A DNA stretch of 63,921 nt, counting the filler, from Octopus bimaculoides (Eukaryota), in the NCBI RefSeq assembly GCF_001194135.2. It is 7 parts of 6 records of this genome, joined end to end, with 100 filler letters (N's around TTAATTAATTAA, not from the genome) between each part and the next. Parts side by side here need not be neighbours in the genome. Positions count along the whole stretch, not along the records: positions 34,628 to 42,292 come from NC_068983.1; positions 42,393 to 54,549 come from NC_068991.1; 5 more parts are not named here. One strand, written 5' to 3'. Below are positions 39,620 to 51,580 of the stretch, piece after piece. The notes beneath the pieces are model-generated. The model had not been told where the DNA came from. It ran no database searches and was given only the letters and a program-made list of their open reading frames with translations. Within the stretch, counting starts at the first letter, position 1; each line of letters opens with the position of its first letter. The translations under genes were made by a program, and so were the position numbers.

Positions 39620-41110
39620 ATTACTGGCTCAAGTAACTGACCACGACTACGACTACGATTACCAGTTTATCTTCTGGGTCCAGAAGACTGTACTTAACTA
39701 TAAGGCCAAGGTCTTCCTGAGTAAGACCAACATGCCCTCTCGTCCTCTTTCGGCTAGGAGAAATAAATTTCTCATAGCCATTTAGAAGAGGCGAGAACGC
39801 TTGTGGTCTACTCATCTTGGGCTCAGTTGCAATCCATCTATAACTCATGACCTGAGGTAGTTCGGGAGACAAGCTTGTTTCCATTTAGAAAACCGCCCCA
39901 CGTACATTTATACTCCCTAACTTAATCGCCAAAGTGAATGACGGAAAAAAAAGGAAAAACTTCGTTTGAGTATGGGGAGGGGCTGCACAGATTCGGCTGC
40001 CTCCCATCCTTTTCTTTTAATGGTGCAGCCGCTGGGCTTTTCATCTATGTAGCCACTGAGCTTTTCATTGGTGTAGCCGCTGGGTTTGTTAATAATTTTT
40101 TGTCTACCATTTCGGAACTGACGTCTCTCATATCCACCGTATACCTTCCCTTCAGCTCCAAATATAGGCCCGCGTCCATTTTTGAAAATCTAATATTCGG
40201 GGGCGTATCTTTAGATATTTTGAAACTCGAACCTTGTGGTGCGCTCTTATGATGGTAGACAACGGCTCATTTTTTTTTTATATATAGGAAACAATTCTTT
40301 CTTGTGTTTTAGGAACGGGTTTGGTAAAAGGTTTCAGCGTGGGATTGGTCTAGGGAATTTTGCATTGTGTGTCTGTTGTGCGTTTAACTAATTTTTTGTT
40401 GTTGTTTGTGGAAGGGAGTCTGGGACTTGTGATTTTTTTTTATTTTGCGCGATACTGTGGTATACTCCATTTCATCACCCTTACCTTCTGTCCTTCCGCC
40501 ATTGTTCCCTCTTTCGTTTCTGCTGTATTTCCCGGCTTTTCGTTTCTTCCTTTTACCACCTTCACAGCTTTTTTTTCTTCGTGCACTTTGAGCGGATGTC
40601 GCCTTTTCTCCACATTTGAAACAACGAGGATTACGTCCCTCAACGGCTACTCTCATTGTTAGCCCCCACCTACAAACAACCTATCGGACAAATTTTCTAG
40701 CGTTTCGTTCGACCCTTGAACGGCCATCTCGAGCGTCTGGCCTATCTAGGTGACGGCTTCTTTTCTTTTTCATTTGTGATATCGACACCGCCTCCTCCAC
40801 GTCGTATATGACCGCCGCTGCTACCGAGATAATCTCATAACCGGCCGGGTCTCATCTACTGTAATTTTCAGCGTTCTGCGACCCAAGGAAGTGGACAAAA
40901 AAATTATTTCCTCGTTTTCTTAAGGTTTTCTTGTAGACCCCACCCCCTCACTACGTTAGCCGTTTCTAACTGCACTTTCACTGTTGCGCTTCTCGTTCCA
41001 CAGCTAACGCAGGTTACTTGGCTGCATATAGGGGCCAAACATCTTTCAACGACGTCATCATTGGCGTCCATAATTCTTTTTTCTTTGAGGTTGTAAATTT
41101 TATACACAAC
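39620..41110 (-). mobile_element. Degenerate L1/Tx1-like LINE 5' portion (ORF1 zinc knuckle plus start of the APE endonuclease)
   Basis: VEGRNPRCFKCGEK(G)DIRSKC, a CCHC-like knuckle with a frameshift near 40600. IATEPKMS...LLNGYEKFISP...LLDPEDKLVIV (39621-39884) resembles L1-clade APE. Confidence 0.65.
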
Positions 41111-42211
41111 CGTTCACGCATTTATCGTTTGTACTGTCTCTGGAGGAGGCTGTAGTTTTATGTCACTATCACTTTTCCTGATTAAGTTACGAAACCTATA
41201 CAGTTGCTCCATTTTTACCTCCATCTCCATTACATTGCAGCCTACAGCGGCAGAAAAACTGGGTCTTTCCTTTTCCTGCGTTTTCGTTTATAAATTGCCA
41301 AAAATGACAAAAATGACAAAATAAATTCACTACGCAGCAACGGGCAAAGAGAAACAGTTCAGCAATACATTTTTTTTCTCACAATGATTTCAAAACAGAA
41401 TTTTCTGCCTCGTAGGGCGAAAATTCGTGTTCCACGAAGAACAACAGCTCAGTTCAAAGCAAAATATACAAAAATATCCCAATACCAGACAAAAACACAC
41501 GGAGCGAACTCACATAACTTTGGTAACAGCAAATTACGACGCAAAAACATGAGTTTGCTAGAGATGATGGCAGCTCGCTTCCGCACGCAATTTATATATT
41601 TCAAGAAATCAACGCAGTAGTTGTATTGACAAGTAATATTCATAGCCGCTTTAACATAGCTGTCGTTCGAGCGGACACTACTTCAATTATTTAACTTCAA
41701 GAAGAAATTTCCTCTAGCTGGTTAACGATACACAGCTGCATCGGATAAAATTGAGAGTTAACATTTTTTTTTCAGAAGGCATAAATCTCACGTAGAAGGA
41801 GTTTGGTTGATGAAATAGATCAATTTATTCAAATGTTTGATTCGATCTTTTAAATTTGTAAAACACATTTTAACGTTTTTTTCCTTTCAAATATCTTCCA
41901 GATCTTTTAGAATACGTAAAAATTAAATACAGAATGGGATAAGCATAGCTAAGTATATGACAGTTTTGGTTACAACAATCTGTCACTAGTTTGATAAGGG
42001 TCAATATACAAACTGTTGACCATCGGTTGTGATGCTTCTGCTAAATATCAATAAAAATATGCATATACTCATATTTTGAGCTGTATTTTCATCACCATGC
42101 CTATAGGAATTTATATATATTATATCAAATATGTTCATGCAAAAGCACTGCATTTCACAACAATTAAATACAGATGAAAATATAATCGTCTACATATTAC
42201 ACGCACCCAGA

Positions 42212-42292
<81 letters not shown>

Positions 42293-42490
42293 NNNNNNNN
42301 NNNNNNNNNNNNNNNNNNNNNNNNNNNNNNNNNNNNTTAATTAATTAANNNNNNNNNNNNNNNNNNNNNNNNNNNNNNNNNNNNNNNNNNNNTAAAGAGG
42401 CGGAGGCGGAGGATGCGCAATTGAATTCAGACATCCTGAATGATATTCACTTGAAATATTAGCATCAGTTTGATGGCCTGACTGCAACAA

Positions 42491-42740
42491 GTGTTGCAAC
42501 CTTCCAACTGCACTCAAGCAGCCTTCCAGCTGCCCTCAAGCAGCCTTCTAGCTGCCCTCAAGCAGCCTTCCCGTGGCTCTCGAGCAGCCTTCCAGCGGCC
42601 CTCGAGCAACCTTCCAGCTGCCCTCAAGCAGCCTTCTAGCTGCCCTCAAGCAGCCTTCCAGCGGCCTTAAAGCAGCTTTCCAGCGGCCCTCGAGCAGCCT
42701 TCCAGCGGCCCTCGAGCAACCTTCCAGCTGCCCTCAAGCA
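42491..42740. repeat. GC-rich 22-bp minisatellite
   Basis: About 11 visible copies of CTC(A/G)AGCAGCCTTCCAGC(T/G)GCC (unit starts 42513, 42535, 42557...), continuing into a 963-N gap. Confidence 0.95.
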
Positions 42741-43927
42741 NNNNNNNNNNNNNNNNNNNNNNNNNNNNNNNNNNNNNNNNNNNNNNNNNNNNNNNNNNNN
42801 NNNNNNNNNNNNNNNNNNNNNNNNNNNNNNNNNNNNNNNNNNNNNNNNNNNNNNNNNNNNNNNNNNNNNNNNNNNNNNNNNNNNNNNNNNNNNNNNNNNN
42901 NNNNNNNNNNNNNNNNNNNNNNNNNNNNNNNNNNNNNNNNNNNNNNNNNNNNNNNNNNNNNNNNNNNNNNNNNNNNNNNNNNNNNNNNNNNNNNNNNNNN
43001 NNNNNNNNNNNNNNNNNNNNNNNNNNNNNNNNNNNNNNNNNNNNNNNNNNNNNNNNNNNNNNNNNNNNNNNNNNNNNNNNNNNNNNNNNNNNNNNNNNNN
43101 NNNNNNNNNNNNNNNNNNNNNNNNNNNNNNNNNNNNNNNNNNNNNNNNNNNNNNNNNNNNNNNNNNNNNNNNNNNNNNNNNNNNNNNNNNNNNNNNNNNN
43201 NNNNNNNNNNNNNNNNNNNNNNNNNNNNNNNNNNNNNNNNNNNNNNNNNNNNNNNNNNNNNNNNNNNNNNNNNNNNNNNNNNNNNNNNNNNNNNNNNNNN
43301 NNNNNNNNNNNNNNNNNNNNNNNNNNNNNNNNNNNNNNNNNNNNNNNNNNNNNNNNNNNNNNNNNNNNNNNNNNNNNNNNNNNNNNNNNNNNNNNNNNNN
43401 NNNNNNNNNNNNNNNNNNNNNNNNNNNNNNNNNNNNNNNNNNNNNNNNNNNNNNNNNNNNNNNNNNNNNNNNNNNNNNNNNNNNNNNNNNNNNNNNNNNN
43501 NNNNNNNNNNNNNNNNNNNNNNNNNNNNNNNNNNNNNNNNNNNNNNNNNNNNNNNNNNNNNNNNNNNNNNNNNNNNNNNNNNNNNNNNNNNNNNNNNNNN
43601 NNNNNNNNNNNNNNNNNNNNNNNNNNNNNNNNNNNNNNNNNNNNNNNNNNNNNNNNNNNNNNNNNNNNNNNNNNNNNNNNNNNNNNNNNNNNNNNNNNNN
43701 NNNTAACATTTTTATTTTTTTGATAATTACACAAAAAAAAAGAAAGAAACCACAAATTTATAGAACTAATTTATTAATTAGGTAATTTCAGTAATTAGTA
43801 ATAGGAGCATGTATGAAACGAAGTCTTTTCATGTCTTGGATGTTTACCACAAGATATAATTACCAGAGAAACAGAAAGTGAAACACTGATAATGCTCACA
43901 TATTATTTTCATTATTTTTTATGTTGT

Positions 43928-44225
43928 AAGGCGGCGATCTGGCAGAATCGGTTGCACGCCGGGCAAAATGCTTAGCGGTATTTCGTCTGCCACTACATTC
44001 TGAGTTCAAATTCTGCTGAGGTCATCGATTTCTATAATAATTTGAAATTTTTGGCACAAGGCCATGAATTTTGGGGAAAGAGTAAGTTGACTGCATTGAC
44101 CCCAGCACACAACTGGTACTTAGTTTATCGACCCCCGAAAGGATGAAAGGCAAAGCTGATGTCGGCGGAATTTGAAGTCAGAAAGTGAAGACATGAAATG
44201 CTGTTAAGCATTTTTCCAGCATTCT
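43928..44225. mobile_element. Two family-D SINE fragments in opposite orientation
   Basis: 43928-44030 (+) head GGCGGCGATCTGGCAGAATCG; 44050-44225 (-) reverse complement of the core and tail. Confidence 0.7.
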
Positions 44226-44487
44226 AGCAAATCTGAGGAATATATGCAAATAGTTTTGAGTCTGTCTGCAGAGCACCACACAAGGACATTTCCTTGATGC
44301 GACCCCACATTATTTGTGCTGTTTTATAATTCAAAATTGAAAATATTTAGAATCATTAGCAGACTGGGCAAAATATTTAACGACATATCCACCGACTTTA
44401 TGTCCTGAGTTCAAATCTCACTCAGGTTGACTTTGTCTTTCAACCTTCCAGGGGCTGATACAACCGACTAGCATCTTTCCCTATAAT

Positions 44488-44815
44488 CAGCGCTGGATTA
44501 ACCATTAAGCAAAATAAGCACATGCTTAGGGCATCAAGGGAAGGAGTGGGGTACCACAGAAATGGTAAATGGTTTACAGCACAAAAGAAATTACTTTAAA
44601 CTTGCTAATATAAGATTTGGGATACTTTTATCTCTACTAAGTATAAATGTAGATGTACTACCTAAGATTAAGTTTGAGGATCTGATCAAAGAGTTTGCAA
44701 TTCAAAAAAGTAGGAGGAAACTTTTCAAATATAAATCTTTTCAAACATAATCTTTTATGGGGGCACCAAAGTCTTTTAAGTGCTAAGGGCCTCAATTGGT
44801 CTTAATCCAGCCCTA
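44488..44815 (+). mobile_element. Non-autonomous hAT element with intact TSD, nested in a family-D SINE
   Basis: TIR CAGCGCTGGATTAA versus reverse complement TAGGGCTGGATTAA, and a perfect 8-bp TSD CCTATAAT (44480-44487, 44816-44823). Internal LLSLLSINVDVLPKIKFEDLIKEFAIQKSRRKLF matches the hAT transposase C-terminal end. Confidence 0.9.
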
Positions 44816-45224
44816 CCTATAATTGCTGGCCTTGTGCTAGAATTTGAAATAAAAGGATGGCCATCCAGCCATAGAAACCATACCACAACGGGCAAATGGA
44901 ATCTGGCCAGCTCCTGTGAAACTGTCCAACCCATGCCAGCATCGAAAACAGGCGTTAAACCAGGGATAGGCAACTTTCCATCAACTGGGAGCCCTGCATT
45001 GTACGTTTTCCAAGTGGGAGAGGGCTACATGATAAAACAAGATATGCATAAAATATTATTTGTCCATTTTATACTGAATTTTCTGCAGTTTTTCTTTATT
45101 TTATTTGTCACAATATGAAATTAGTAACCTAGAGATTCGTCGAGGGCCGCATGTTACCCGCAGGCCGCAGGTTGCCCATGCATACGTTAAATGATGATAA
45201 TGATGATACACACACACACACACA

Positions 45225-45356
45225 CGACAGGCTTCCACACAGTTTCTGCCTACCAAAACCACTAACAAAACTTCAGTCAGCCCAAGGTGCCATGCAGCAG
45301 AACTGAACACAAATCCATGTGGCTGGGAAACGAACTTATCACAGAGACACGCCTGT
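45225..45356 (-). mobile_element. SINE family A, old degenerate copy
   Basis: CCCAAGGTGCCATGCAGCAGAACTGAAC...CATGTGG similarity to family A in reverse complement. Confidence 0.65.
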
Positions 45357-45755
45357 GATGTACCTAGATTCAAGGCATTGGTCCTCGCGGTATCCTCCTC
45401 TTGTCACTTTTATTTCCCAAGTAATAGCAAGTTAGTAGTAGTAGTAGTAGTAGCAGCAGCAGCAGTAGTAGTTTGGTGGCACCTGCACTCTACATGTGGT
45501 TATGTGTATAAGTTCCTCTGCCTTCTCCCACGAATCTAAGTACCACGCAGATGCGTAATACGGCCACTCCCAAGATACAGGCACAATCGAGAACATGCGC
45601 ACGCACGCACGCACCCACAACTATATCTATATCTATATACATACATATATACATATATACATAGAGAGAGAGAGAGGGGAGAGATATAGACAGAGAGACG
45701 CACACAGATACAGACGTACGCATATACCTTCCTCTGTCTCTCCCCCTCTCACTCT

Positions 45756-45792
<37 letters not shown>

Positions 45793-47232
45793 AACTGTCT
45801 GTACACCAGTATATTGTGTGTGTATACAAACATTCACAAATACGTACGCAATAACGTATACATATACGTATACAAATATGTATGCACACACACATATGCA
45901 CGCACACACACATGCACAGACGCAGACACACATGCATACACGCACACACACACACACACACACAACGTACCAATTCCACTGGATACCCACGGGCTTCAGT
46001 CTCATGTTTCTACGACTTGACGCAAGCGTATCGCAAACATGCGCAGGCGTACGAAACGCTTTCACTTTAGCGTATTCTTAGAAATAAACGTTGCTTTCCG
46101 AAAAATCTAACAGTTTGTAGTTTATATGTAAATAGATTTGTGTCACATTCGTAAGTAGCTGGCTTTTATTTTATCAATACGTTTGTTTTGATCACGCAAA
46201 ATACATATTTCACCAAAACTTACTAACATTTCGGAAAAACTCACCATGCATTTTATATACATACATACACATATATATATTTTTTCTTTNNNNNNNNNNN
46301 NNNNNNNNNNNNNNNNNNNNNNNNNNNNNNNNNNNNNNNNNNNNNNNNNNNNNNNNNNNNNNNNNNNNNNNNNNNNNNNNNNNNNNNNNNNNNNNNNNNN
46401 NNNNNNNNNNNNNNNNNNNNNNNNNNNNNNNNNNNNNNNNNNNNNNNNNNNNNNNNNNNNNNNNNNNNNNNNNNNNNNNNNNNNNNNNNNNNNNNNNNNN
46501 NNNNNNNNNNNNNNNNNNNNNNNNNNNNNNNNNNNNNNNNNNNNNNNNNNNNNNNNNNNNNNNNNNNNNNNNNNNNNNNNNNNNNNNNNNNNNNNNNNNN
46601 NNNNNNNNNNNNNNNNNNNNNNNNNNNNNNNNNNNNNNNNNNNNNNNNNNNNNNNNNNNNNNNNNNNNNNNNNNNNNNNNNNNNNNNNNNNNNNNNNNNN
46701 NNNNNNNNNNNNNNNNNNNNNNNNNNNNNNNNNNNNNNNNNNNNNNNNNNNNNNNNNNNNNNNNNNNNNNNNNNNNNNNNNNNNNNNNNNNNNNNNNNNN
46801 NNNNNNNNNNNNNNNNNNNNNNNNNNNNNNNNNNNNNNNNNNNNNNNNNNNNNNNNNNNNNNNNNNNNNNNNNNNNNNNNNNNNNNNNNNNNNNNNNNNN
46901 NNNNNNNNNNNNNNNNNNNNNNNNNNNNNNNNNNNNNNNNNNNNNNNNNNNNNNNNNNNNNNNNNNNNNNNNNNNNNNNNNNNNNNNNNNNNNNNNNNNN
47001 NNNNNNNNNNNNNNNNNNNNNNNNNNNNNNNNNNNNNNNNNNNNNNNNNNNNNNNNNNNNNNNNNNNNNNNNNNNNNNNNNNNNNNNNNNNNNNNNNNNN
47101 NNNNNNNNNNNNNNNNNNNNNNNNNNNNNNNNNNNNNNNNNNNNNNNNNNNNNNNNNNNNNNNNNNNNNNNNNNNNNNNNNNNNNNNNNNNNNNNNNNNN
47201 NNNNNNNNNNNNNNNNNNNNNNNNNNNNNNNN

Positions 47233-47350
47233 TTGAAGAGTCTAGGCTCGAAACATAAAAAGCTTTCTCACATTCCCAAGCATCAAACTAATACACCTGT
47301 TTGTTGTTTATACACCTGTTTTTGTCTTTTGTTTTTCTGTAAATTTCAAC
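47233..47350 (+). mobile_element. Penelope-type terminal repeat (second copy, 5' end in gap)
   Basis: TTGA-A-GAGT-CTAG-GCTC-GAA-ACAT-A followed by sequence homologous to 34260-34350. Confidence 0.5.
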
Positions 47351-47374
47351 TCTCTCTCTCTCTCTCTCTCTCTC

Positions 47375-47678
47375 TAGTGGCTAGGGTGTTCGGCTAACGA
47401 TCGTAGGGCCGCGAGTTCAATTCCCGGCGGTGCATTGTGTCCTTGAGCAAGACACTTTATTTCACGTTGCTCTAGTCCGCTCAGCTGACAAAACTGAGTA
47501 GTACTTGTATTTCAAGGGGCAAGCCTTGTCACACTGTGTCACGCTGAATCTCCCCGAGAAGTATGTGAAGGGGTACGCATGTCTGTGGAGTGCTCAGCCA
47601 CTTGCATGTTAATCTCAGGAGCAAGCTGTTCCGTTGATCGGATCAACTGGAACCCTCGTCGTAAGCGACGGATTGCCA
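47375..47678 (+). mobile_element. SINE family B
   Basis: Colinear with 27066-27385. Confidence 0.9.
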
Positions 47679-47704
47679 CTCATTTATTTAGTTATTTATT
47701 TATC

Positions 47705-47850
47705 TATGGAAATTGAGTGGGAAATTTTACCTGTGAGTGTGTTAAATTATAAGGCACTAAAAGTGAATGACTCTCCCTAGACACAACAGAATATGCTTCA
47801 ACACACGAACTCAAATAAAGAATCTTGCAAACCAAATCCCAAAACGAAAT
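47705..47850 (+). repeat. Interspersed repeat, homologous in reverse to ~53830-53970
   Basis: GTGAGTGTGTTAAATTATAAGG...GAATGACTCTC...GCTTCAACAC...AAGAATCTTGCAA, present in both orientations in the window. Confidence 0.75.
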
Positions 47851-47860
47851 TATATATATA

Positions 47861-48268
47861 CCGTAAATCCTCGAGTATAATCCACACTTTTTCCCCCAAA
47901 ATTTAAAGGTCAAAATCCCTAGTGCGTACTATATACGAGGTTAAAAATGAAAAATATTTTCTAAGTGATAAATATGTAAAGGCAATTTACTTAATATTTA
48001 TTTTTCACGGACGTTATTACTGTTATTTCTTTATTTTCTGCAAAGTACACAAAAAAAGCTACACGTTTGCACTATGTTATAAATACAATAATAATAAAGG
48101 ACGTGACCGTATATACGTTTACAAACCAAGGACGTTATATAGACCTCCTTGACTCAAGTTGGAGAAGGGGTGCATATTATACACAAGGTTTAGGTTTTTC
48201 AGAGGTACAGCCCCCTAAAAATCCCCTGCGTATTATACTCAAGGGCAGACTATACTCGAGGATTTACG

Positions 48269-48269
<1 letters not shown>
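47861..48269. mobile_element. Tc2/pogo-like MITE
   Basis: Perfect 19-bp TIR CCGTAAATCCTCGAGTATA; TA on the left and TG on the right; internal subterminal repeats of TGCGTATTATACTC.AGG. Confidence 0.85.
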
Positions 48270-48301
<32 letters not shown>

Positions 48302-49489
48302 ATGTTTCGTAATGCAAACAGGAAAAATAGAACTCAAATTATGAGTATATGTATATATATTTTTAATATTTGGCAGAAGTAACGGAGTTTCTCAAGAACC
48401 GAGAATTTATCACAGACATCAGCACGACAACAAATATGTGATCGCCCCATCTAAAAAATGCATATGTTAAGAAGAAATCGCCTAGAGGTGCATTTGAAAT
48501 GATATGGATTAGGATTAGGATTATATTAGAATTTGTTAAGGGGTGGAACGAATAATTTATGCACCTGTTCAGAACGTATGAGGAAATAAAGTCGAGTTGT
48601 GTGAATTATCCGATCTCAATATAAAGTTTGTTTTCCCTTTTTTTTTGTTTTTCTCATCAAATTCCGAGATAATCTTAATCTATCTGGAACGTATTTGTTA
48701 CTTGTAGATTTTTATCAAAAAAAAAAAAAAAAAAAANNNNNNNNNNNNNNNNNNNNNNNNNNNNNNNNNNNNNNNNNNNNNNNNNNNNNNNNNNNNNNNN
48801 NNNNNNNNNNNNNNNNNNNNNNNNNNNNNNNNNNNNNNNNNNNNNNNNNNNNNNNNNNNNNNNNNNNNNNNNNNNNNNNNNNNNNNNNNNNNNNNNNNNN
48901 NNNNNNNNNNNNNNNNNNNNNNNNNNNNNNNNNNNNNNNNNNNNNNNNNNNNNNNNNNNNNNNNNNNNNNNNNNNNNNNNNNNNNNNNNNNNNNNNNNNN
49001 NNNNNNNNNNNNNNNNNNNNNNNNNNNNNNNNNNNNNNNNNNNNNNNNNNNNNNNNNNNNNNNNNNNNNNNNNNNNNNNNNNNNNNNNNNNNNNNNNNNN
49101 NNNNNNNNNNNNNNNNNNNNNNNNNNNNNNNNNNNNNNNNNNGAAAAATATTGGTTGATTCTCGCATATGCAGAATGACGCACCACATTCAAATGTGATG
49201 TCAGACATATCAAATTCTGATGCAATCGGAATCTAGAGTATCTGAAAGGTATTTGTAGAAAATTTCAATAAAAAATACCTCTTTTTTCTGTAAGTTAGGA
49301 GGAAATAAAGTCGATACAATCCATCCAGAAAAAGGTTTTCACAACAATTTCCGATATAACCCAAATGTGCTGTCTAAAATGTATCTACGGAAAACTTTTT
49401 AAAACATATCCATTTTTCAAAAGGGTATGAGGAAACAAAGTCGGAGAGGGGGATACATCTGTAGTTTATATATAAATATAGTCCTTTCT

Positions 49490-49742
49490 GCTATAGGCAC
49501 AAGGCCTGGAATTTGTAGGGAAGAGGGTAGCCGATTACATCGACGCTAGTGTTTCACTAGTTCTTAATTTATCGACCCCGAAAAATTGAAATGCAAAGTC
49601 GGCCACGGCGGAATTTGAACTCAGATTTGGTTGGCCCAGGGCTATAGTAAAATACACTTGCTCGAGTTGGCTCATAGTGAGACTGAACCTGAAATCACAT
49701 AGTTGAGAAGCAAGCTTCTTAACCACACAGCTATGCTCATGT
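49490..49742 (-). mobile_element. Adjacent SINE fragments (family D 49490-49625; family A 49626-49742)
   Basis: Reverse-complement similarity to the other copies. Confidence 0.7.
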
Positions 49743-50274
49743 CTGTGCATATACATACATACATACATACATACATACATACATACATACANNNNNNNNN
49801 NATATATATATATATATATACATATGCACTTTTGTATGAGAAGCTGTTGTGTTACTTTTTAATTAAGTCAAATTTTGTGATTTATTTGGCTGCTATTTCT
49901 AGCAGGCTCATTTGCTATCTCAGCCATCAAATTGTGTAGTTGGCTATTTAGATAATAAGCTGTTATCTATCTGTGTTGAGGTCATTCCAGGAAAATCGTT
50001 TGCGTTAATTTTATATTCCCTTGTAATTAGGCCACCTATCAATGCTGATAGCAAAATCTAGCACACTGTTAATGAATAAAATACTTTGGTTGACGGCTGG
50101 AAAGTGTTCCTCAGGGGCACTCTCTACATGAAAAACACATAGTTAAGCAGAAGCAAACATAATACAGTGAGCCTCAAGAGATAAAAAAAATAAATAAATA
50201 ATATATTTGGTGAAATGAACAGGAAAGATGCTTTGTCCTATGTAAAAACTGCAGGAGATACTCAGAGTCACAAG

Positions 50275-50720
50275 CGTTTTGCCCCCTTAGCCTGTACGCT
50301 TTAGCTGAGAGGGGCAGCGAGGACTGAGCTAGTCTTCACCTGCGGAAGGGTTCCGCTTGCAGTCTCTTCTCAACCATAGCCACCTCGAGGTAGTTTCAGC
50401 TGCTTTGCTTAACTCCTTCATGGCTTTCTTCAGCTGCCTGGGTTTCAGGCCTGTCTTCTGCAGGAAATAGTGCACTGATCCAGATGGAAAGCCGTAGCAG
50501 CCTACTTCAATGCATGCCCGCCCTTGACAAGGGTCTTGTCGACCAAGACCTGGTATTTTGATTTCTTTATCTGGTGGGAAATATTGAGTCTATCCTTCTA
50601 GGGGTTCAACCATGTTGACTGGTTTTGTATTCTTGGAGAGCCGGAACAAGTCTGGTCAGAGTGATGTTACCACCATCTTAAAGTCAATGATTTCACTTTT
50701 CCTATATCAGAGACAACAAT
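50275..50720 (-). mobile_element. 3' end of a HERO/NeSL-type LINE (restriction-like endonuclease domain)
   Basis: TSL*PDLF...; SHQIKKSKYQVLVD; CIEVGCYGFPSGSVHYFLQKTGLKPRQLKKAMKELSKAAETTSRWLWLRR...* (stop at 50329-50331). Confidence 0.85.
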
Positions 50721-51081
50721 TTCTTGTCTGAGCATGTGACTGGCTATGAGTAGACGCCGTTAAAACTAACCCCCACCCTCAAACGACATGCATCTGGTGT
50801 CCTCACTGGTCACTGCTGGGTGTGTTTTTTTTTTAATACACTTAGATATAGAACTGTATCAGAATCGCCGTACTCGAAAATGGGGGATTCTGTAAAGAAA
50901 AAAAAGGGGGGGGGGAGTCCACATTCCTTACGTCCAACCGATTTCTTTTATTTGCCCCCAGGGCGAAGGATGAAGGGACAATACAAAGACAGGTATAAAG
51001 TATGGGGGTTTACAATAATAATAATAATAATATCGTAGAAGTAAAATGTTTACGTTTCTGAATATTGATTTAAGCTTCATT

Positions 51082-51108
51082 TTCCTAGAAATACAGAATT
51101 TCTTAGAA
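51082..51108. promoter_or_regulatory. Tandem STAT-type GAS palindromes
   Basis: TTCCTAGAA (51082-51090) and TTCTTAGAA (51100-51108) in an 18-bp tandem duplication upstream of the SOCS gene model. Function is inferred. Confidence 0.45.
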
Positions 51109-51320
51109 ATACAGAAGTCTTTCACTTTCTCTTTCTTTTGACAGTTCTTTATTTACGACTTGGTGTCACTGTCAGCGAATACCTGGCGACATTAGCAGTG
51201 GCATAATCACCGGTGATGACAGCTCAATACCTGCCGGGACCTGCATTCAACCCTGGGATACAATGGCAGCTGTGGTAATGCTATGTTAAGTTTAAATCTC
51301 ACATCTTGTTCCATCTTTTG

Positions 51321-51580
51321 ATGACGACTGTAAATAGCAAAATAACTCAAGTTGGCAGAGACGGAGAGCCAGTTCTAACAGCCGGTGGTTTTACAGACAA
51401 ATACACAAGTTCTCCCCACTTGATTCTGGCCCATGTTCTGACTTCGGAGCGGTACATTGCCGAAAAGCTGTGCCGTATTAAAGACGAGACAAATGCGTTT
51501 AGAACGGACCTATCACTGAAGAAATTTGAAAGCAGTGAACAGGCTGCTTTGTCTCGTCGGGGTGTCGGCACAACTCTAAG
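51321..51580 (+). CDS. Candidate upstream coding exon of the SOCS gene
   Basis: First in-frame ATG after a stop; the only frame open at the donor AAG|GTAATG (51580/51581). Its phase 2 matches the acceptor CTCAG|A at 52799/52800. Confidence 0.4.

Noticed and set aside
42491-42740. 22-bp repeats as a CRISPR-like array or repetitive protein exon
   Set aside because: The units are directly adjacent with no unique spacers, the context is eukaryotic, and a period of 22 is not codon-phased.
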